From Octopus sinensis (taxonomy: Eukaryota), in assembly GCF_006345805.1 (NCBI RefSeq), contig NC_043023.1, positions 7,688,001 to 7,752,000 on the forward strand: a stretch of 64,000 nt of DNA. Reading direction: 5' to 3'. A program made the translations under genes and the position numbers. The notes below the pieces were generated by a model. It was given only the letters and a program-made list of their open reading frames with translations, was not told the origin of the DNA and ran no database searches. Below are positions 47,301 to 57,984 of this stretch, piece by piece (within the stretch, counting starts at the first letter, position 1; every line of letters starts with the position of its first letter).

Positions 47301-50300
47301 AAAGAGTTAAGGACTACACCTACTGAATTTCTAGTTCACTTCACCCACCCAAATTGATAAACCCTTGAACAAAACTGCACAGCAATGTCTGTCCTACATG
47401 AATATGTACTGCATCTGAGCCAACTAAATGCAAATAAATACTACATCAAAGGACATTAGGATGCTTATTACAGCAGAAACGCATCAGACTGGAATTTAAT
47501 GTGAATATTATTACAATAAACGAATTTTGAAAATGTATAATTTTCCATTTCTTTTTATAATGTCTTGATTATATATCTTAAACTAGCAGTGTAACCTGGC
47601 TTTGCCCGGGATTAAGGCATACATGTTTTTTGTATGTATACATGTTTTATATGTGTGTGTGTGTGTGTGTTGCCTGTATATCAACAAAACACTTTTTTCC
47701 TCAATGGAAAAAAAACAACAAAAGTCTTAACAAAATCTTACTCGTCGCTAGAAAGGGGACTTAACCGTGTTTGCAAACAATGGTGATTTCTCTGACTTGA
47801 AAATTAAGTTTTGGTTGAAAATTAATTTTTACTGCTATTCGCTGCTGCCTCTGGGAAAAGTAAGCTGACAAAAACACAGCTAGGGTCATAACAAATGTCC
47901 TCCAATGCGTTAACATGTGACATTGACCGAGGTTACCGTGGTCATTTTCATAGGCTTTTCTTTCCACGGATAAACCTTATCTGTTTCCCCCTTTACACTT
48001 TACATCATGACATTTCTGTGATACACGATCCCTATTGATCATTTTTTTTTTTTTACGATCCCTTTTGATCGAAAACCTACCACCCCCTATATTTTTCTCC
48101 CGAAAAAGAAAAGCTCTACTTTGTAATTTGTCCCCTCTGTGTTCAGCCCTGTGTGGCTAATAAAGAAACATATCTATCATATGAAGCACAGTTTACTTGT
48201 TTATCTTAATTCAATGTGGTTAGCCAGATCTGGATTATCAGAGTGCTTATATATAATGTGTGTATATATATAAATGGGGAGCTGGAAGAATCGTTAGCTC
48301 ACCAGGTGAAATGCTTAGCGGTATTTTGCCTGCTGTTACGTTCTGAGTTCAAATTTCGCCTAGTTAGACTTTGCTTTTCATCCTTTCAGGGTCGATTAAA
48401 TAAGTACCAGTTTCACACTTGGTTCAATGTAATCGACTTAATCCCTTTGTCTGTCCTTGTTTGTCCCCTGTATTTAGCCCCTTGTTGGCAATAAAGAAAT
48501 AAGAATCATTAGCACACTGGGCGAAATGCTTAGCAGTATTTCGTCTGCCGTTATGTTCTGAGTTCAAATTCTACTGAGGTCGACTTTGCCTTTCATCCTT
48601 TTGGGGTCGATAAATTAAGTACCAGTTAGGCACTGGAGTCAATGTAATCGACTTAATCCCTTTGTCTGTCCTTGTTTGTCCCCTCTATGTTGAACCCCCT
48701 GTGGGCAATAAAGAAATAAGAATGTTCTGGGTGATTTGTATGTAACACCAGCACCAGTGCTTTTTATGTGGTGTTGGTACCATTATTAATTCTACTGTGG
48801 TTGAAGGGCCGTTTTGAGTACAGCAATGAACTAGAGGTCCTTAGTCATCTCAAAAACGAACCCTAACTGTTCAAAAGCATGGCAAGAGAGAAATTGTAGT
48901 TTGAACTTACTGTGAGTACTTCTGCTGTCGTTCTGCCGAGGTTGATATATATTGGGCACCCATGTCTACGGAGCAGTTAGAATTTTTGTCACTGCGGCTT
49001 GTTGACATGCGACCACCTGAAAATAGAAAAGAAGAAAAATTGAAAACTAAAGAATAACAAAAAAAACCCATTGTGGCTGTGTGGTAAGAAGTTTGTTTCC
49101 CATCCACATGGTTATGGGTTCAGTCCCTCTGTGTGGAACCTTGGGGGTCAAGTGTCTTCTACTATAGCCTCTGGCCGACCAAATCCTTGTGAGTGGATAT
49201 GGTAGATGGAAACTGAAAGGAGCTGGTCATATATTATAATATAATATCATCATCATCATCATCATCATCGTTTAACGTCCGTTTTCCGCGCTAGCACGGG
49301 TTGGATGGTTTCGACCGGGGTCTGGGGAGCCAGGGGCTGCCCCAGGCTCCAGTCTGGTCTGGCAGTGTTTCTACAGCTGGATGCCCTTCCTAACGCCAAC
49401 CACTCCGCGAGTGTAGTGGGTGCTTTTTACGTGCCACCTGCACAGGTGCCAGAGGGGTCTGGCAACGGCCACGGTCGGTTGGTGCTTTTTATGTGCCACC
49501 TGCACAGAAGCCAGTCGGGGCGGTGCTGGCATCGGCCACGTTCGGATGGTGCTTTTTATGTGGGGGGGGTGCAGAAATATAGGGGAGCACCAGCGGGGAG
49601 GGGTAGTGAAAGCATGTGAGGAGGAGGGGTAGGAGGGAGAGACACGTAATGGTGGTGCGGGAGGAGGAGGGAGGAGGGCATATCCGGTGTAGATGGTGTG
49701 AACAGTGTTCACCGGTATTGGTGGGGGGGTGGGAAAGGGCGGGTTCACCGGTATTGTGGTGGGGGTGGGAAAGGGCGGGTTCACCGGTATTGGTGGTGGG
49801 GGTGGGAAAGGGCGGGTTCACCGGTATTGGTGGTGGGGTTGGGAAAGGGCGGTTCACCGGTATTGGTGGTGGGGGTGGGAAGGGCGGGTTCACCGGTATT
49901 GGTGGTGGGGGTGGGAAAGGGCGGGTTCACCGGATTGGTGGTGGGGGTGGGAAAGGGCGGGTTCACCGGTATTGGTGGTGGGGGTGGGAAAGGGCGGGTT
50001 CACCGGTATTGGTGGTGGGGGTGGAAGGGCGGGTTCACCGGTATTGTGGTGGGGGTGGGAAAGGGCGGGTTCACCGGTATTGGTGGTGGGGGTGGGAAAG
50101 GGCGGGTTCACTGGTATTGGTGGTGGGGGTGGGAAAGGGCGGGTTCACCGGTATTGGTGGTGGGGGTGGGAAAGGGCGGGAGCACCGCGAATGGCGAAGA
50201 TCGGATTAAACTTCGTAGAGAAAGAATAGAGGGTACCTTAAGGGATTAAATTTCGTAGAGAAAGAATAAGATAGGGAAAGCGTGGCGAAGATCGGATTAA

Positions 50301-51435
50301 ACTTCGTAGAGAAAGAATAGAGGGTACCTTAAGGGATTAAATTTCGTAGAGAAAGAATAAGATAGGGAAAGCGTGGCGAAGATCGGATTAAACTTCGTAG
50401 AGAAAGAATAGAGGGTACCTTAAGGAATTAAATTTTGTAGAGAAAGAATAAGATAGGGAAAGCGTGGCGAAGATCGAATTAAACTTCGTAGAGAAAGAAT
50501 AGAGGGTACCTTAAGGGATTAAATTTCGTAGAGAAAGAATAAGATAGGGAAAGCGTGGCGAAGATCGAATTAAACTTCGTATATATATATATATATAGGC
50601 GTAGGAGCGGCTGTGTGGTAAGTAGCTTGCTAACCAACCACATGGTTCCTAGTTCAGTCCCACTGCATGGCACCTTGGGCAAGTGTCTTCTACTATAGCC
50701 TCGGGCCTACAAACGCCTTGTGAGTGGATTTGGTAGGCGGAAAATGAAAGAAGCCTGTCGTATATATATATATATATGTTTATATATATGTATGTGTTTG
50801 TGTATATGTTTGTGTGTCTGTGTTCGTCCCCCTAGCATCGCTTGACAACCAATGCTGGTGTGTTTACATCCCAGTAACTTAGCGGTTCAGCAAAAGAGAC
50901 CAATAGAATAAGTACTGGGTTTACAAAGAATAAGTCCTGGGGTCGATTTGCTCGACTAAAGGCAGTGCTCCAGCATGGCCACAGTCAAATGACTGAGTAT
51001 ATATATATATTAATAGAGGTCACAAAAGTGATGGAGAGTAGTGACCAGTACCAGCTATTGCTAGAAACAAGAGTTAAGACAACTCAAAAGTCTCAAAGCA
51101 TGGCACTTAATGACTGAGGTAGGGAGGTAAGACCCCATTGTACATATATTGAACAATTTCGATTTTGATGTACAGCATCTTAATCCTCGTCACTGACTCT
51201 TAACGTTGAGGATTAAACTCAATTATCTCTTTGCTCTTTTACTTGTTTCAGTCATTTGGCTGTGGCCATGCTGGAGCACCACCTTTAGTCGAGCAACTCG
51301 ACCCCAGGACTTATTCTTTGTAAGCCTAGTACTTATTCTATCGGTCTCTTTTGCCAAACCACTAAGTTTCGGGGGATGTAAACACACCAGCATCGGTTGT
51401 CAAGTGATGTTGGGGGGACAAACACAGACATACAA

Positions 51436-51498
<63 letters not shown>

Positions 51499-54400
51499 TA
51501 CGACGGGCTTCTTTCAGTTTCCATCTACCAAATCCACTCACAAGGCTTTGGTTGGCCCGAGGCTATAGTAGAAGACACTTGCCCAAGGTGCCATGCAGTG
51601 GAACTGAACCTGGAACCATGTGGTTGGTAAGCAAGCTACTTACCACACAGCCACTCCTGTGCCATATGTATATATAATTTAAAATAAGGTGATTAGAATC
51701 AAAATAATTAACAAAGATATCCAGAGGTAATGCAGTACGATCGTTTCATGCAACTCCATTTAATTGAACAATGCAATTATTAGATCAATTTAAAATGTAG
51801 AACAATCTTCAGCTGCACAAAAATATAGGATTTAGTTAAATTCGAAGGACTCATTTGTATAATTTTAATCCAAAATCACCAAGAGGGTAAGGAGATAGAC
51901 AAAGAACATGTTTTATCAACAACATCACAGTTGTAAGCGGGGTTTCAAAGAGCACCATACGAGCGTGATCATTGACAGAGCGGCTAACCGGCTTCCATGC
52001 CAGTGGCACATAAGGCAACATTCGAGTGTGAGTGTTACCAGCGTCGCCTTACTGGCAATTGTGCCCATGCTAGTAGGGTGCCAAGAGTACCATTCAAGCA
52101 TGATCGTTGCCAGAGCAGCCAACTGGCTTCCGTGTCGGTGGCACATAAAAGGGCATCATTCGAGCGTGATCGTTACCAACGTCACCTTAGTGGCACCTGT
52201 GCCGGTGGCATGAGTAAAAAGATTCGAGTGAGGTCATTGCCAGTACCACCTGACTGGCCCCTGTGCCGGTGGCATGTAAAAAGCACCCACAACACTCTCG
52301 GAGTGGTTGGCATTAGGAAGGGCATCCAGCTGTAGAAACTCTGCCAAATCATGATTGGAGCCTGGTGCAGCCTCCTGGTTTGCCAGCCCTCAATCAAAAT
52401 CGTCCAAACCATGGAAAGCAGACGTTAAACAATGATGATGATGACACTGCTTATTACTGATTATTTCTATTATTTAGATTTACTAATGGGGGGGGGGGGT
52501 TCAGCTTTAATTTATAGCCTTGTTTATCAAATCTTGATTTGATAAACTAGCCTATAAATTAAAACTGAAACGGATCTTTTCGGTTTGAACGGCAGTTTTT
52601 TCTAGGGGTGTCATATGAAATTGTCACCCATAATTATGACCCTAGTATCGATCTATTGCATTTCAATCTGTTTTAGGGTTAGGGGTGGGAGGAAGGGTAT
52701 CTTTTTTTCTTCGGAAATGTAAATAAACCCAATCTGTTTCTGAAACGAGAGACATATTCATATGGCACAGAATGTTTTCACCTCAATAGACGTCATTGAT
52801 TGGTTGAAATTGCAGAAATTGAAGAAAAAAAACCCAATAAATATCTTACAAACTATAGAATTTTCTCAATAAAGCCAAGAGAAAAAGATGTTTTATAAAC
52901 ACATTCTACCAGTATGCGAAGTTTAAAAGTGTTTAGTTACGTGGAAATTATTGGAAAAAACACATTCTACCAGTATGCGAAGTTTAAAAGTGTTTAGTTA
53001 CGTGGAAATTACGTGGAAAAAACTGCCGGTCAAACAGAAAAGATCCACTGACCCCCTTCCCCATTAGTAAATCTAAATAACAGAAATAATTGGTGATAAA
53101 TTAAGTACAAGATTTTTGAAGAAAATGAGCACTGGTGGTTGATCTGTTTGACTAAAGCGGTCAAGGTGGTGCCCCAGTATGGCCACAGTCCAATGACTGA
53201 GACAATAGCAAAAAAGAAAAAAAATGAATGAAATAGGCATAGGAGTGGCTGTGTGGTAAGTAGCTTGCTAACCAACCACATGGTTCTGGGTTCAGTCCCA
53301 CTGCATGGCACCTTGGGCAAGTGTCTTCCACTATAGCCTCGGGCCGACCAAAGCTTTGTGAGTGGATTTGGTAGATGGAAACTGAAAGAAGCCCGTCGTA
53401 TATATGTATATATATATATGTGTGTGTCTGTGTTTGTCCCTCCAACATCGCTTGACAACCGATGGTGGTGTGTTTACGTCCCCGTTACTTAGTGGTTCGG
53501 CAAAAGAGACCGATAGAATAAGTACTAGGCTTACAAACAATAAGTCCTGGGGTTGATTTGCTCGACTAAAGGTGGTGCTCCAGCATGGCCGCAGTCAAAT
53601 GACTGAAACAATTAAAAGAGTAAAGAGTAAATAAAAGAAAGAATTTCGCTCATCCTACTTCAGACAAAAGAATGGTTGAGTGGGGGGGAAGTGGGAGGTG
53701 TCAAGAGGGAAACACAAAAATGTGATGAAAATAATGGAGTTTTTGAATAAACAGAGTGTTTTTGAAAGAATGTTGGAATTTCAATTGTTTGGAACACAAG
53801 AGTAAAAGGGAAAGTCAGAATGATTCCATTCCCCACAAACAAAAGAATGAGGAAAGAGGCCAGGAGGAGGGAGGTAAAAATGTGAGGAAAAAATTGGGGA
53901 TCTCTGTTTGGCTGTACCGGTAGAAATTTCTAACTTTAGTGAAAATTTTAAAATTTGGTGTATTGATGTAATTTTCCATGTTGAATTACAGTGGGGTATT
54001 GAACTTTACTCTTACTCTTTACTTGTTTCAGTCATTTGACTGTGGCCATGCTGGAGCACCGCCTTTAGCCGAGCAAATCGACCCCAGGACTTATTCTTTG
54101 TAAGCCTAGTTTTTATTCTATCTGCTAAGTTATGGGGATGTAAACACACCAGCATCGGTTGTTAAGCGATGTTGGGAGGACAAACACAGACACACAAACG
54201 TATACACACACACATACATATGTATATATACATATATACGATGGGCTTCTTTCAGTTTCCGTCTACCAAATCCACTCACAAGGCTTTGGTCGGCCCGAGG
54301 CTATAGTAGAAGACACTTGCCCAAGGTGCCATGTAGTGGGAATGAACCCGGAACCATGTGGGTGGTAAGCAAGCTACTTACCTCACAGCCACTCCTGCAC

Positions 54401-54559
54401 CTATATATATAACTGTCCGACGAACGGGAACGTGAAACTCCGAGTAACAGGTTTTGTTGAATTTCTGCTGCTTTTAAATAAAGCATATTACTCTACCCCT
54501 GGTATTTGAGACTCTTTTTTCCACCTTGTTTCACATTTATGTGTTTACTTCGGTATATA

Positions 54560-54590
<31 letters not shown>

Positions 54591-55457
54591 GACGGGCTTC
54601 TTTCAGTTTCCGTCTACCAAATCCACTCACAAGGCTTTAGTCAGCCTGAGGGTGTAGCAGAAGACACTTGTCCAAGATGCCACGCAGTGGGACTGAACCT
54701 GGAACCATGTGGTGGAAAGCAAGCTACTAACCAATTTTTTAAAAAGTCACAGAGGTTTAAAGTTTGATAATTTTCATCCGTCAGAAAACAGGATTTGGAA
54801 GTTGCCATTTTGTGCTTGACAGCACGTGTTGTCAACTGTAAACAAATGAAATATTGATGGAATACAGCTGAAATGTGGCCGAAACGGTTGAGTGTCATAC
54901 GCAAAATGTCTACAGTTTAGTTTTATAGGTGTAGGAGTAGCTGTGTGGTAAGTAGCTTGCTTACCAACCACATGGTTCTGGGTTCATTCCCACTGTGTGG
55001 CACCTTGGGCAAGTGTCTTCTACTATAGCCTCGGGCTGACCAAAGTCTTCTGAGTGGATTTGGTAGATGGAAACTGAATGAAGCCCATCGTATATGTGTG
55101 TGTGTGTGTGTGAGTGTATGTGTGTCTGTGCTTGTCCCTGTAACTTAGCGGTTCGGCAAAAGAGACCAATAGAATAATTACTAGGCTTACAAAGAATAAG
55201 TCCTGGGATCGATTTGCTCAACTAAAGGAGGTGCTCCAGCATGGCCACAGTCAAATGACTGAAACAAGTAAAAGAGTTATACGGCGCAGGAGTGGCTGTG
55301 TGGTAAGTAGCTTGCTTACTAACCACATGGTTCCAGGTTCAGTCCCACTGCGTGACACCTTGGGCAAGTGTCATCTACTATAGCCTCAGGGCAACCAATG
55401 CCTTGTGAGTGGATTTGGTAGAGAGAAACTGAAAGAAGCCTGTCGTATATATGTATG

Positions 55458-55507
<50 letters not shown>

Positions 55508-57557
55508 ATATATATATATGTATATGTATATAATATATTATATATATATATATACATATACATACATATATAATTGTGTGTGTTTGTGTCTCTGTTTGTG
55601 CCCCCAACATCGCTTGATAACCGATGCTGGTGTGTTTACGTCCCCGTAACTTAGTGGTTCGGCAAAAGAGACCGATAGAATAAGTACTAAGCTTACAAAG
55701 AAAAAGTGCTGGGGTCGATTTGTTCGACTAAAGGCGGTGCTCCAGCATGGCCACAGTCAAATGACTGAAACAAGTAAAAGAGTTATACATACCATATAAC
55801 CCCTAAAAAAAAAAGTGGATCTGTTTCAAGAAGAATAAGAAGCCTCCTGTGAGAGATGAAATGTGGAATGGCTATTGGGAGGTGACTGCAGATTTACCAG
55901 GGTGCCAGGGACTCTTTCCCATCGCAGTTACGAAAGAGCCGGATATTTTAATGTGGTGTGAAGGAAAGAAAGTTGTAAATGAACAATCCTGTGCCAGGAT
56001 TGCTCGTAAGTGGACTGAGGCAATGTGAAATGAAGTGTTTTGCTCAAGAACACAACGGATCGCCGAGTCCAGGAATTGAAACCACAATCTTACTGTCGTT
56101 AGCATAACAACCTAACTACTAGGATACAGGTCGTCAGTTCATCATGAGGTTACTCTTTTACATCTGAATAGACAGAGGCAATGTGAAATGAAGTGTTTTT
56201 CTCAAGAACACAACGGATCGCCGAATCTAGGGATTGAAACCACAAGCTTACGATCCTCAGTGCAACAGCCGAAGTAGAAAACAATTATAGAACTCTGGGG
56301 AGAGGGGAAGGCCTACTCTTATTTTTTGCTTATTTTTTTGTAGATTCGTAATCTACGATGCTTAAAATGCCTATCCGAAGAAATTACGGTTTTGGGGGCG
56401 GCAGTGGATAATATCCGACTCTATTCTACAGGAACGCCCAGTCTTAGCTGCATCACGTTTGTATGGCAGACAGGAGGGTCACATAACCACTATTGGATGA
56501 AAGCTTTTTGAGCACAGGTCTTCTTGATCAGTTCTGACCTAGGGCTAAACAGCAAACGAAACAACTACAACGACAATAGCAAATCTTGTTAAAGGTCAGG
56601 TGTGTTAAAAAAACAAAGGCATAACTACAGATTGGGGCTCCAAAACTCGCCATTATTTCTGCATAACATTGCAGTAAAACAAAATATATTTTCCAATATT
56701 TCCAGTTACGTTTTCAAAAGCGTACACTATACTTCGGTACTTACGGTACCTATACCGAAGGATCGCCTATGTTGATATCATTAAATACTATTTTTGAAGT
56801 TTCGAATAATTTTTCTACCTCTTGTTTTCGTTTCCTAATTCCCTTCAAAAAGCATTTTTTTTTCAAATAACATTTAGCAGAGACATAATTTCGTGAAAGT
56901 AACATATTAATAAAATTTAGGTAAATAACATTTTGCGGGAAGAGTCCCGGGTCATTCTTTCTCCCATCTCTCGCCGGTTTTGTTACAAATTTCAACAACT
57001 TTAGTATTTTTTAACTGCTTTTCTTCAAATTCCTATATTAGAAACACAAACGTTACATATTAAACACACCCGAAAACATCGTTTAAAAATATATTTTAAA
57101 GAGAGACGTGAGAAACAAAGTCAAGAGAGGCGGGTGTAGAATGATTCGAAAGTTCCTTTAAAAAGATGTTAACATAATCAGAAATGATCAGAGCCCCCTT
57201 CAAAAAAACATTTCAATATTATCAGTATAATGTAAGCTACAGACTAAAAAAATCTCTGCAAATTTTCATTAAAAAAACACAAATTTATCACAAAGTTATA
57301 AAAAAACTAAGCGGAGATAGTGGGGCACTAATCTGTAGTTATGCCAATTAATGTTATGTAAGCTGTGAATGTAAACATCTTTCAATTTCTCAACCTCCAC
57401 GTACCACAGGTGAATTAAAAGGTATGTACATACCCGCCCCGCGGGCCTTCTCCCATACTGATATGTGTACATGACTAAGCTCCTTTCTAAGCAAGGCCGC
57501 GGTTAAGGCGCCGCTTAATCCAGCGCCTACGATTAGAACACGCGACACAGCTGCCAT
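39316..57557 (-). CDS. RNLS: Renalase (FAD-dependent NAD(P)H isomer oxidase), 351 aa, 7 coding exons
   Basis: Exons 57557-57434, 49016-48911, 45392-45247, 43921-43742, 41785-41612, 40370-40195, 39465-39316: all GT-AG, phases 1,2,1,1,1,0, 1056 nt, no internal stop. Motifs [67 protein letters not shown]. Confidence 0.95.
40195..40370 (-). CDS. RNLS: RNLS exon 6
   Basis: 176 nt; [11 protein letters not shown]...KGHKWRYSQ|gtaaat. Confidence 0.93.
40440..41520. mobile_element. SINE cluster in RNLS intron 5
   Basis: SINE A minus at 40440-40842 and 41118-41520, with another tRNA-derived SINE plus at about 40900-41100. Confidence 0.8.
41612..41785 (-). CDS. RNLS: RNLS exon 5
   Basis: 174 nt; [17 protein letters not shown]...[15 protein letters not shown]. 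Confidence 0.93.
41895..42272. repeat. Degenerate (ACC)n triplet repeat
   Basis: Read directly; intronic. Confidence 0.9.
42930..43553 (-). mobile_element. 5'-truncated CR1-type LINE (RT C-terminus and 3' tail)
   Basis: [21 protein letters not shown]...[10 protein letters not shown]...YSERL..L...SLKLRR...TRGH...FFTFRV..AWN.LP; flanked by SINE B copies. Confidence 0.88.
43742..43921 (-). CDS. RNLS: RNLS exon 4
   Basis: 180 nt; [10 protein letters not shown]...[20 protein letters not shown]. Confidence 0.93.
45247..45392 (-). CDS. RNLS: RNLS exon 3 (absent from the ORF track)
   Basis: gcag|G ATC TAC GAT CAA...AGT GCA G|gtttgt; [20 protein letters not shown]...[16 protein letters not shown]. 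Confidence 0.92.
45690..46478 (-). mobile_element. 5'-truncated RTE-clade LINE
   Basis: [21 protein letters not shown]...RGRPRKTW; same family as 6862-7797. Confidence 0.9.
46481..47306. mobile_element. Cluster of piggyBac-like MITEs (one partial, three full)
   Basis: Units 46481-46564, 46590-46810, 46842-47062, 47087-47306, each TTAA-bounded. Confidence 0.7.
48277..48720 (+). mobile_element. Two tandem SINE B copies
   Basis: Family match. Confidence 0.8.
48911..49016 (-). CDS. RNLS: RNLS exon 2
   Basis: 106 nt; [34 protein letters not shown]. Confidence 0.94.
49247..49565 (-). mobile_element. RTE 3'-UTR element
   Basis: Reverse complement of the RTE tail with (GAT)n. Confidence 0.75.
49711..50180 (+). 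repeat. 37-bp G-rich minisatellite, about 13 units, one G-quadruplex motif per unit
   Basis: Unit ccggtattggtggtGGGGGtGGGaaaGGGcGGGttca. Confidence 0.95.
50193..50580. repeat. 91-bp tandem repeat, 4.3 units
   Basis: ggcgaag recurs at 50193, 50284, 50375, 50466 and 50557. Confidence 0.95.
50597..52443. mobile_element. SINE A (+ 50597-50995; - 51225-51660) and RTE-tail element (+ 51950-52443)
   Basis: Family matches. Confidence 0.8.
52572..53046. mobile_element. MITE (same family as 3751-4185, inverted) nested in a smaller palindromic element
   Basis: GGATCTTTTCGGTTTGA TIRs; outer inverted repeat ttatttagatttactaatggg...cccattagtaaatctaaataa. Confidence 0.8.
53237..55785. mobile_element. Cluster of about five SINE A copies in RNLS intron 1
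   Basis: Family matches in both orientations. Confidence 0.8.
54413..54450 (+). ncRNA. Minimal type I hammerhead-like motif with variant CCGACGA core
   Basis: CUGU-CCGACGA-ACG-ggaa-CGU-GAAA-CUC-c-GAG-UA-ACAG: all three helices pair. Confidence 0.5.
57434..57557 (-). CDS. RNLS: RNLS exon 1 coding part (absent from the ORF track)
   Basis: ATG GCA GCT GTG TCG CGT GTT CTA ATC GTA GGC GCT GGA...GGG GCG G|gtatgt; Rossmann GxGxxG motif. Confidence 0.94.
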
Positions 57558-57984
57558 TTCTGTAACAAGGACGGTGTGAAAGGTTAAACTATCCCGGACG
57601 TGAAATTAGTCCGTCACTGATATAATTACATCAGGAAAAGTTCTGTGAAGTCATTTAAATCGTTCACATGAACTCAAGCAGATACACGCACGCACACAAA
57701 ACACAAACACACACACACAAAAAACACAAACACACACACAAAACACAAACACACACACACACACAAAACACAAACACACACACACACACAAAAAACACAA
57801 ACACACACACACACACACAAAACACAAACATACACACACACACACAAAACACAAACATACACACACACACACACACACACATGCATTTACCCATACACAT
57901 GCACACATACACAGGCACACACATGCATATGCCAACACATACACCTAATATAATTCTTATTGCTCTCTCTCTTTCTATCTCTCT

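Noticed and set aside
47581-48110. Possible Helitron/Helentron-type element (actagcag...cctggctttgcccggg)
   Set aside because: Only one terminus is recognisable and the extent cannot be defined.
49616-50249. Gly/Trp-rich repetitive ORFs
   Set aside because: All frames are open because the 37-bp G-rich repeat lacks stop codons.
56330-56560. GC-richer stretch with small hairpins, considered as an snRNA or snoRNA
   Set aside because: No match to the U2, U4, U11 or U12 sequences I recall, and no Sm site or box pair in a convincing context; an Infernal search would be needed.
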